DNA of 7,482 nucleotides, taken from IMG/VR virus record IMGVR_UViG_2657245015_000003; one strand, given 5' to 3'. The DNA comes from a virus. Taxonomy: Duplodnaviria; Heunggongvirae; Uroviricota; Caudoviricetes. The number at the start of each line of letters is the position of its first letter. Position 1 is the first letter of the stretch. Shown piece after piece: positions 1 through 5,763 of this stretch. Both the position numbers and the translations under genes were made by a program. The notes under the pieces were generated by a model. It did not search any database. It was not told the origin of the DNA and was given only the letters and a program-made list of their open reading frames with translations.

Positions 1-750
1 GATTGTCACCGCCTCGCTGGCGTCGCGCAATAAGGTAATATGTGGATGAAACGGACGATTGCTTTGAAAACAACCGCTGCGGGCAGCCTGTGAACGGAGC
101 ATATTCGCCAGCTGGATTAAGCTGCGAAGGGACGGAAAAATCAGCTCATCTGCTTGCGTTTCGGTAAACGATGGCAACGGCTGCACAATGTCCGCCACAG
201 TTTCTGTTTTAATTTCTTCCTGTGTTGCGGCTTCCCGGACTGGTAACGCAGCACCTGCTGGCTGAGGAAAGGCCTTACCATCACTTTCCGTTACCAGCGC
301 GGCTTTCGGCTCTGCTGGTAAATTATCGCCCGGCATGCAGTAACGAAATTTACCGTTCTGATTAACGCGTGCCAGCCGCCCCGTTGCGGTTACCACCGCC
401 AGCGTGGAGGCAACCTTGCGAGTACTGACGCCGAACTTACCCGCCAGTTCCTCACACGTTTTAGCACCATCCTGACCGATAAACTCAATCATCATGTCTG
501 CGGTAACTTTTTGTTCGACCTCTCCGGTCAGCATATCCTGTGCTTCAGATTTTACTGGCCGCTCTTCGGTTACCCGGGATTCACCTTCGCCAGCCAGAAA
601 CCAGGTGTGACCAGTTTTATCAACGACGCCATTTCTTTTGAGTTCCCACAGCTCGTTGAGAACCTCTTCACGACTGATATCAAGTCGCGCGGCCAGTTCT
701 ACCGATGTGGCTTTTCCCATTGCTTTCAGTGCGTCAAATACGGTTTCCAT
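1..750 (-). CDS. Prophage protein with two tandem winged-helix-like domains (DUF1627-like), 3' end runs off the window
   Basis: Reverse-strand ORF open from ATG at 750..748 to position 1 with no stop (250 codons, verified by hand translation; absent from the ORF track because it is incomplete). GGAGG sits about 8 nt upstream of the ATG. N-terminus [45 protein letters not shown] and a second similar unit ([44 protein letters not shown]) look like tandem wHTH modules. Family assignment is from memory. Confidence 0.55.
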   Translation of the reverse strand, partial: METVFDALKAMGKATSVELAARLDISREEVLNELWELKRNGVVDKTGHTWFLAGEGESRVTEERPVKSEAQDMLTGEVEQKVTADMMIEFIGQDGAKTCEELAGKFGVSTRKVASTLAVVTATGRLARVNQNGKFRYCMPGDNLPAEPKAALVTESDGKAFPQPAGAALPVREAATQEEIKTETVADIVQPLPSFTETQADELIFPSLRSLIQLANMLRSQAARSGCFQSNRPFHPHITLLRDASEAVTI

Positions 751-783
751 TAAAATTTCCTCCGACAAAATCGTTTCTCAGAT

Positions 784-1449
784 TCAAATAAAACCAGCTG
801 CCTTCCGGCGTTCGTATTCCTGTTTCAGCCGTTCAATTGGCGTTGGCCCTTGCGGGTGTTTCGCCCCTTCCAGTTGTCGTCGCACTGGCGGAACACTCAT
901 CCCGTTACCAACATGCTTTGCCCATTTCGTCAGTTGCCGTTCCGCAAGTCGTTTTAACTCACCCTGCGTCATCTGGCGCTCAATCCCTCTGGTACGCATT
1001 TCGAGGCAGATGTGGTACAGCACAGGCTGTGGCCACGGGTATTTATCACTCCCGTCGTATCGCCAGGATTCATTGCGCCAGCGCCGGTACTCTTCCATTA
1101 CTGCATCCACCGTAAGACCAAATGGATTTGCCCCACTCTCCGAAATCAGTGCAACAAACTCAGCCAGGTCCGGGGGCCACGTTTCACCCGCCCGGCAGCG
1201 GTCCATGCACTGACGGCAGACCAGCCGGATTTGCTGTTCAGTCATCGCGCCAATCTGGGCAATCCAGAGCTTCGAAGGTGCGGCCCCGTTCTTCTGTGTC
1301 CAGCGGTTCGAATACACCTCCCCCATAAGCTCCCACAGCTTCCAGACCGTTTCCGTCGCTGATAAATCCGTTTTCACGTTCCCACTGCTCACGTGCTGCC
1401 CGAATTTCCTGAACTGCCCGTGATGCGGTGCCACCTGGTGCTGCTGCAT
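784..1449 (-). CDS. Replication protein P-like (lambda P family helicase loader)
   Basis: 221-aa ORF. Segments such as WPPDLAEFVALISES and YPWPQPVLYHICLEMRTRG...ELKRLAERQLTKWAKHV resemble recalled lambda P regions (FLPSPGQFVAWCREE; YPWKSNAHYWLVTNLYQNMRANALTDAELRRKAADELVHM). AGGGGG lies 6 nt upstream of the ATG at 1449. Lies directly downstream of the O-like gene. Start is uncertain: the ATG at 1245 overlaps the O stop as ATGACTGA but has no clear SD. Confidence 0.65.
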   Translation of the reverse strand: MQQHQVAPHHGQFRKFGQHVSSGNVKTDLSATETVWKLWELMGEVYSNRWTQKNGAAPSKLWIAQIGAMTEQQIRLVCRQCMDRCRAGETWPPDLAEFVALISESGANPFGLTVDAVMEEYRRWRNESWRYDGSDKYPWPQPVLYHICLEMRTRGIERQMTQGELKRLAERQLTKWAKHVGNGMSVPPVRRQLEGAKHPQGPTPIERLKQEYERRKAAGFI

Positions 1450-2278
1450 GGTTTACCCCCTTGCTGACTGGTTTAACCTGCGCCCTGACGTGATTTACGT
1501 GACGGGCGAATTTCTGCTCCCACTGAATCTGCGTAAACACTTTCCCCTCCGCTGCCCAGTAGTCCCGGAAGGCGGCAAGTTCAGCAGGTGTAAATTCTGT
1601 CTCCGGCAAAGCCATCCCCCACAACGCAGCCCGTCGTCGAAAATCCCGTGACGGATACCAGCTATCGGTCATCGGAAATTTTCCGATGGGTTCGCTCAGG
1701 CCATCCAGGAATACAAGGGGTGCTGCCTGTAACGACAAAACTTCCTGCTCACTGGTCGGAGCACTCTCGCGTGCGTTATGTGTGGGGTTTAGATCTTTGG
1801 GTTCCTTTGGGTTCCGTGATCCGTTTTTGGGTGTCTTTGATGGAAAATTTGGGTGTCTTTGGTTATTTTCCATGCAGCTAAGAGTTCCGTTTTTGGGTCT
1901 GTTTTGTGCTGAAACATAACCATTTTCGGTACTGTTTTTATTAACAGCACCAATTTTACCCACCTTTAAAGACTCCCGTTTTTGGGTGTATTCAGGCTCG
2001 GCAACACTTTCTTCTACACCGATAAGTCGGTACACCACAATTTGCTTTGTTCTGCCTTTTCTCTCACCGGTATCAACAATTAACCCAATCTCCATCAGGT
2101 GTCGTAAGCTGTCCTGCACAGTCTTTTTGTTTAGTTCCGTTACTTCTGCCAGTGCAGATACAGACGGGTATGCACACAAATCGGCACCGCACATATCAGC
2201 AAGCCAGGTCAATACAGACTTACTGGATGAACTGCCGGTTTTCACCTTTTTAGCCCATCGTAGTGCATCGATACTCAT
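1238..2278 (-). CDS. Replication initiation protein, O-like: N-terminal HTH DNA-binding domain, iteron-encoded linker, DnaT-like C-terminal domain
   Basis: Long reverse ORF (track 1238..2353). Preferred start is the ATG at 2278 (MSIDALRWAKKVKTG...), with AGGGG 6 nt upstream. The N-terminal region SVSALAEVTELNKKTVQDSLRHLMEIGLIVD is HTH-like. A low-complexity PKNG/KTPKNGSRNPKEPK linker is encoded by the DNA repeats at 1795..1990. The C-terminal FPMTDSWYPS...FRDYWAAEGKVFTQIQWEQKFARHV resembles the DnaT C-terminal domain as I recall it. Confidence 0.7.
   Translation of the reverse strand: MSIDALRWAKKVKTGSSSSKSVLTWLADMCGADLCAYPSVSALAEVTELNKKTVQDSLRHLMEIGLIVDTGERKGRTKQIVVYRLIGVEESVAEPEYTQKRESLKVGKIGAVNKNSTENGYVSAQNRPKNGTLSCMENNQRHPNFPSKTPKNGSRNPKEPKDLNPTHNARESAPTSEQEVLSLQAAPLVFLDGLSEPIGKFPMTDSWYPSRDFRRRAALWGMALPETEFTPAELAAFRDYWAAEGKVFTQIQWEQKFARHVNHVRAQVKPVSKGVNHAAAPGGTASRAVQEIRAAREQWERENGFISDGNGLEAVGAYGGGVFEPLDTEERGRTFEALDCPDWRDD
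1795..1990. repeat. Iteron array plus AT-rich segment inside the O-like gene: candidate phage origin of replication
   Basis: TTTGGGT core occurs at least 6 times (about 1796, 1806, 1826, 1848, 1892, 1981). The longer unit CCGTTTTTGGGT occurs three times (1821..1832, 1887..1898, 1976..1987). An AT-rich stretch at about 1900..1975 lies next to it. Lambda ori has the same layout: iterons within O, then an AT-rich region. Confidence 0.5.
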
Positions 2279-2801
2279 ACAAACCCCTGGCAGACATTTG
2301 TTTATCTGCAAAGTAATATTGATATTGCTGACGATACGCATGCTTGAAAGCAATAGCTTTTTCTATAAGCTCGTCAGTCTCACGTTCCACAACAGCTGGA
2401 TCCGCAAAAAGCAGCCCGGACTCCACCACATCGCCATATTCTTTGTTTAATCCGGCGATCATGTACGTAATGCTTTTTCCATCACTGATCTCACGATACA
2501 ACCTGAAATCACTAATTCGGATAGCCTCCATAATTGCCGGAATCAGCGCCGTGAATTTTTTCCGCTTATCCCTGGTGTCGATAGCTTTCCAGCGTTCGAA
2601 TATCTTCACCCGGTTAACGCCCAGCGCCCGTTGATCAACCTCGCCATCATTAAACGTGACGCGTTGAACATCGATGTTCGGGCGTTCTTTCAGAGCCCAG
2701 AATGCTTCCGTGATTAATATCGTCGCTTGCTCCTGTGTCATTCCTGGTCGACATACCCAGGCATCCAGAGCCTCACAAACCTGTTCAGGGGTGATTTTCA
2801 T
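2250..2801 (-). CDS. YdaT-family protein (CII-position gene of the Cro-side operon)
   Basis: 183-aa ORF immediately downstream of, and overlapping by 17 nt, the Cro-like gene. It starts MKI and contains ALIPAIMEAIRISDFRL, reminiscent of the recalled K-12 YdaT (MKI...KLIPAILAILPRELRHRL). Longer than the 140 aa I recall for K-12 YdaT. Confidence 0.6.
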   Translation of the reverse strand: MKITPEQVCEALDAWVCRPGMTQEQATILITEAFWALKERPNIDVQRVTFNDGEVDQRALGVNRVKIFERWKAIDTRDKRKKFTALIPAIMEAIRISDFRLYREISDGKSITYMIAGLNKEYGDVVESGLLFADPAVVERETDELIEKAIAFKHAYRQQYQYYFADKQMSARGLYEYRCTTMG

Positions 2802-3012
2802 TGTTCAACCGCCCCGCCCGCTTTGCCTTACGATATTCGTCATAAACTTTGGGGTCGTACTGAAGTTCCCCGCCGGATGCCTCCTGTAGACGCATCGCGC
2901 GACCTTCAGGAACCAGTTTCCCCCATGCAGCAACGCTTGCCAGCCTAACGCCTGCGGCATTGGCAAGCTTTGTTTTGCTGCCAAAAAACGCTATAGCATC
3001 AATTTTCAACAT
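2785..3012 (-). CDS. dicC: Cro-position small regulator, DicC/YdaS-like
   Basis: 75-aa ORF divergent from the dicA-like gene. AAGGAG lies 6 nt upstream of the ATG at 3012. The motif FGSKTKLANAAGVRLASV is HTH-like. Position and size match dicC of Qin. Confidence 0.7.
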   Translation of the reverse strand: MLKIDAIAFFGSKTKLANAAGVRLASVAAWGKLVPEGRAMRLQEASGGELQYDPKVYDEYRKAKRAGRLNNENHP

Positions 3013-3088
3013 ATCGAACTCCTTAGATTTTCCTAAGGAAACTAGATCGTAGAGAAACCTAAGTCAAGAAAAATTAGAATTACCTAAT
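3013..3088. promoter_or_regulatory. Divergent promoter/operator region between the dicC-like and dicA-like genes
   Basis: 76-bp AT-rich intergenic region. It holds a perfect inverted repeat CCTTAG-N6-CTAAGG (3021..3038) and further CCTAAG/CCTAAT half-site copies at 3058..3063 and 3083..3088. Confidence 0.5.
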
Positions 3089-3496
3089 ATGAAAAACGAA
3101 ACCTTCGGTGCTCGCCTCTTATACAGGCGTAAAAAATTAAAACTGTCTCAGGCCGCATTAGGTAAGCTGGTCAAAGTGGCTCACGTAACAATTTCTCAAT
3201 GGGAAAGAGATGAAACACAGCCAGCGGGGAAGAGATTATTCGCACTGAGCCAGGCGCTTCAGTGCTCGCCGACTTGGCTTCTTTTTGGAGATGAAGATAA
3301 GCAACCAGGCGAACCGATCCCAGATAATCAGCCAGTTAATCTGACAGAAGATCAAAAAGAGTTGCTTCAACTGTTCGACGCACTGCCTGAGTCAGAGCAA
3401 AAGGCTCTGTTGTCAGAGATGCGTGCTCGAGTTGAGAATTTCAACAAACTTTTTGAAGAACTACTCAAAGCTCGCAAAAGAAGCGCAAATAAATAA
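3089..3496 (+). CDS. dicA: DicA-like HTH (XRE/CI-type) prophage repressor
   Basis: 135 aa. The N-terminal region ARLLYRRKKLKLSQAALGKLVKVAHVTISQWERDETQPAGKRLFALSQALQCSPTWLLFGDEDKQP and the C-terminal EMRARVENFNKLFEELLKARKR closely resemble the recalled E. coli DicA. No obvious SD upstream. Confidence 0.85.
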   Translation: MKNETFGARLLYRRKKLKLSQAALGKLVKVAHVTISQWERDETQPAGKRLFALSQALQCSPTWLLFGDEDKQPGEPIPDNQPVNLTEDQKELLQLFDALPESEQKALLSEMRARVENFNKLFEELLKARKRSANK

Positions 3497-3569
3497 CCCC
3501 CTCCCTTTTTTTCGCCACTCTCTGTAATAAAAAGCATAAACTTTCAAATGCTTGTGTTTTTTACATCAA

Positions 3570-3630
3570 AAAACTTAGGTTTTTCTACACAAAAAGCTTG
3601 ACCACAATTCTTAGGTTATTCTAAATTCTA
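3570..3630 (+). promoter_or_regulatory. dicB-operon promoter (PL analogue) with flanking DicA-type operator repeats
   Basis: Candidate -35 TTGACC (3598..3603) and -10 CTAAAT (3621..3626) with 17-bp spacing. Two copies of CTTAGGTT(T/A)TTCTA (3574..3587 and 3609..3622) bracket the -35, echoing the CCTTAG/CTAAGG half-sites of the dicA/dicC intergenic region. Confidence 0.45.
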
Positions 3631-3703
3631 CTCATCAAGACACCGCACGGTGTTCTCAGCAAACAGTTCCGCTACCCTGGCGTTAAGGGGAAATGAGGTC
3701 AGC

Positions 3704-3859
3704 ATGGATACTATCGATCTTGGCAACAACGAATCTCTGGTATGCGGCGTGTTTCCCAACCAGGACGGCACGTTCACCGCGATGACGTATACCAAAAGCA
3801 AAACGTTTAAAACCGAAAATGGTGCCCGTCGCTGGCTGGAAAGAAACTCAGGTGAGTGA
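3704..3859 (+). CDS. ydfA: YdfA-like small protein (51 aa)
   Basis: ATG at 3704 with GAGGT upstream gives MDTIDLGNNESLVCGVFPNQDGTFTAMTYTKSKTFKTENGARRWLERNSGE. Length and position (first gene after the promoter downstream of dicA) match ydfA of Qin. The ORF-track N-terminal extension from 3650 is unlikely. Confidence 0.65.
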   Translation: MDTIDLGNNESLVCGVFPNQDGTFTAMTYTKSKTFKTENGARRWLERNSGE

Positions 3860-3860
3860 T

Positions 3861-3989
3861 ATGGATTTCGACACAATCATGGAAAAGGCTTACGAAGAAT
3901 ACTTCGATGGTCTTGCCGAAGGCGAAGAAACTCTCAGCTTCAACGAATTTAAACAGGCGCTTTCCAGTTCGGCAAAATCTAACGGCTGA
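3861..3989 (+). CDS. ydfB: YdfB-like small protein (42 aa)
   Basis: Below the ORF-track size cutoff; found by hand translation as MDFDTIMEKAYEEYFDGLAEGEETLSFNEFKQALSSSAKSNG. AGGTGA lies upstream and the start is 1 nt after the ydfA-like stop. Size and order match ydfB. Confidence 0.6.
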   Translation: MDFDTIMEKAYEEYFDGLAEGEETLSFNEFKQALSSSAKSNG

Positions 3990-4018
3990 TAAGCGAAACA
4001 GCACCGCGAGGAATCAGT

Positions 4019-4237
4019 ATGCAGAAACGAGAACCCGTCATCATCGCGCCAGACTATACCGATGATGAACTTTATGAGTGGATGCGCCAGAAAATTAATG
4101 CAGTGCAGGATCTGAAATGGGCCAATGAAGCCAGGACTAAGCAGGCTGAAAATCTGTCCGCTCTGGAGCAGGATATCACCAGGCTGGAAAAAGCAGCGGC
4201 ATTAAGCATTGCCAGAATGGTTACATACCCACGTTAA
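4019..4237 (+). CDS. ydfC: YdfC-like small protein (72 aa)
   Basis: 72-aa ORF with GAGGAA upstream. Size and order match ydfC of the dicB operon. Confidence 0.65.
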   Translation: MQKREPVIIAPDYTDDELYEWMRQKINAVQDLKWANEARTKQAENLSALEQDITRLEKAAALSIARMVTYPR

Positions 4238-4259
4238 TAGCTAACCAACGAGGCTAATA

Positions 4260-4661
4260 ATGGAATTTAAAGATTTACCAATGCCATTCCAGGAAATGGC
4301 AGCGAATGTGGTTCGCTCTCAACTGGCGACTCTTGACCTGAGTACTGTAGAAAAGGAAACCATCGATACTATATCCGGTAACGTGCGTCGTGCCTTTATA
4401 GGTCTGTATGAAGAGAAGCGCCTATTCGGCGGACAGAATTCGCCTGAAAACAAGAATCAAGCAAATGATGAGAAGCTGAAACACATTATCGCCTTACTTT
4501 TGGAAGACGCAAAACGTCTACAGCAACTGGAACCAAATGCAGGCACAGAGGCCCGCATTTGGATTGCCATGAAATCACTCAAATGTGAAAGCAGTGATTA
4601 TTTCAAAACAACAATTAAAACTACTCAACTTTCGGGAGAGCTACTGAAGAAATTGCCATAA
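4260..4661 (+). CDS. Hypothetical protein (133 aa), unknown function, co-oriented with the dicB-type operon
   Basis: ATG 22 nt after the ydfC-like stop, with GAGG 6 nt upstream. Codon pattern is coding-like. No recognisable motif. Lies in an AT-rich segment. Confidence 0.5.
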   Translation: MEFKDLPMPFQEMAANVVRSQLATLDLSTVEKETIDTISGNVRRAFIGLYEEKRLFGGQNSPENKNQANDEKLKHIIALLLEDAKRLQQLEPNAGTEARIWIAMKSLKCESSDYFKTTIKTTQLSGELLKKLP

Positions 4662-4899
4662 GAGCATGGTCTTTCTCTTGTTCTGCAAGATGAGCATTAA
4701 TACCTGGTATGGTTTTTTCAAATTTATCTATCTGTTGAATAACAACTTCGCGGTATACGTTTGTTTTTGTACCACCAAGCGCAGCCGTTAATGCAGAAAG
4801 CATATTTAGTATCATATCAGTGCGATATGAAAGAATCCTGATAGCTTCATCTTGTTTTTCAATAATAGATTGCAGGGCCTCAATTTGCTTTTTATCCAT
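4621..4899 (-). CDS. Hypothetical protein (92 aa from ATG at 4899; 105 aa if the GTG at 4938 is used), antisense to the dicB-type operon
   Basis: Strong RBS: AGGAGGG lies 4 nt upstream of the ATG at 4899. AT-rich coding-like codon usage (MDKKQIEALQSIIEKQDEAIRIL...). Its 3' end overlaps the convergent 133-aa ORF by 41 nt. Confidence 0.5.
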   Translation of the reverse strand: MDKKQIEALQSIIEKQDEAIRILSYRTDMILNMLSALTAALGGTKTNVYREVVIQQIDKFEKTIPGINAHLAEQEKDHALMAISSVALPKVE

Positions 4900-5231
4900 T
4901 TCACCCTCCTGAGGGTTGGTAATTAAGGAGTTCTCCACGGGTCAGGTGGAGTGCGTGCGCCGGACACGGGTGAACATCCGGCACTGACAGTTTACTGAAA
5001 GGATATGTCCCTGAAAAGTCAGGGCATAACGCGAAAGCGCACGGCGAAATTGGTCTCTCTGTACGGTGTCGTTAAATTTAGTTCGACCGTGCGCTTCCGG
5101 TTGTGGCACTCCGCGAAATGGCGCGGCGGTAAGTATGGCGGGGTTATTCCTTCCCCCGTTGAGGACACCGGGTTGTCAGGTTGACCATACGCTTAAGTGA
5201 CAACTCCGCTGCAACGCCCTCTGTTATCAAT

Positions 5232-5289
5232 TTTCTGGTGACTTTTGGCGGTATCAGTTCTACTCCGTGACTGCTCTGCCGCCCTTTTT
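5232..5289 (+). ncRNA. dicF: DicF small regulatory RNA with 3' intrinsic terminator
   Basis: TTTCTGGTGACTTTTGGCGGTATCAGTTCTACTCCGTGACTGCTCTGCCGCCCTTTTT matches my recollection of DicF at nearly every position. The 3' end is a GGCGG...CCGCC stem followed by a T-run. Lies between ydfC and dicB, as in Qin. Boundaries approximate. Confidence 0.8.
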
Positions 5290-5571
5290 AAAGTGAATTT
5301 TGTGATGCGGTGAATGCGGCTCAGCGCACGCGGAACAGTTAAAACCAAAAACAGTGTTATGGGTGGATTCTCTGTATCCGGCGTTAATTGTTAACTGGTT
5401 AACGTCACCTGGAGGCACCAGGCACCGCATCAACAAAGTTCACTTCGGTGATGAAAGGTAGAGAAAATGTTGAATGTAGCTATTGAAAACCAGAACGGGT
5501 GGAATTATAGTGCACCTGCACCTCATAAAACGGGTGCCGGGCGTGGAAACCCGAAATCATTCACGGCGCAT

Positions 5572-5594
5572 AACCGCGCTCAGGCGGTTTTTTT
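5572..5594 (+). terminator. Candidate intrinsic terminator upstream of the Rha-like gene
   Basis: AACCGC-GCTCAG-GCGGTT hairpin followed by a run of 7 T on the plus strand. Confidence 0.4.
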
Positions 5595-5763
5595 ATGCGT
5601 TAAGCACAGCCACATTCGCATTATGGTGGGGCGTGCAGGGCAGCCGCAAGGCTGGCCGGGTTCCGTGATGACCGGTATTTCCACCCCTGTACGTCTCACC
5701 ACCCTTATGGTCGTGGAAAACCTCGGTGGTGAGTTAATCAAATTCATCGCGGAGGCTGCCATC

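Noticed and set aside
511-1213. Plus-strand ORFs 511..753, 638..1213, 837..1115, 1012..1362 and 1122..1328
   Set aside because: All lie antisense to or overlap long minus-strand genes with recognisable protein signatures (tandem wHTH protein, P-like protein). No RBS support. Shadow ORFs.
2278-2353. Upstream start (2353) for the O-like ORF as given in the ORF track
   Set aside because: The extension MLSSMRIVSNINITLQINKCLPGVC looks non-protein-like and would overlap the YdaT-like gene by over 100 nt. The ATG at 2278 has an SD and begins a plausible N-terminus.
1448-2948. Plus-strand ORFs 1448..1651, 1648..1881, 1686..1919, 1986..2450, 2047..2253, 2344..2634, 2674..2889 and 2727..2948
   Set aside because: Antisense to the O-like, YdaT-like and DicC-like genes. 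Several are low-complexity translations of the iteron repeats. Treated as shadow ORFs.
3497-3530. Possible terminator after dicA (CCCCCTCCCTTTTTTT)
   Set aside because: There is a T-run, but I could not find a convincing upstream complementary stem. Not called.
3628-4065. ORFs 3628..3876 (-), 3807..4004 (-) and 3856..4065 (+)
   Set aside because: They overlap the ydfA-like and ydfB-like genes in other frames or on the other strand. The 42-aa ydfB-like reading frame with an AGGTGA RBS explains this region better.
5467-5763. N-terminal 99 codons of the 284-aa ORF, and small ORFs 5483..5668 (+) and 5580..5765 (-)
   Set aside because: This region holds a terminator-like hairpin plus T-run (5572..5594). 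The translation is Gly/Arg/Pro-rich and not protein-like. A strong RBS precedes the internal ATG at 5764, where the Rha-like similarity begins.
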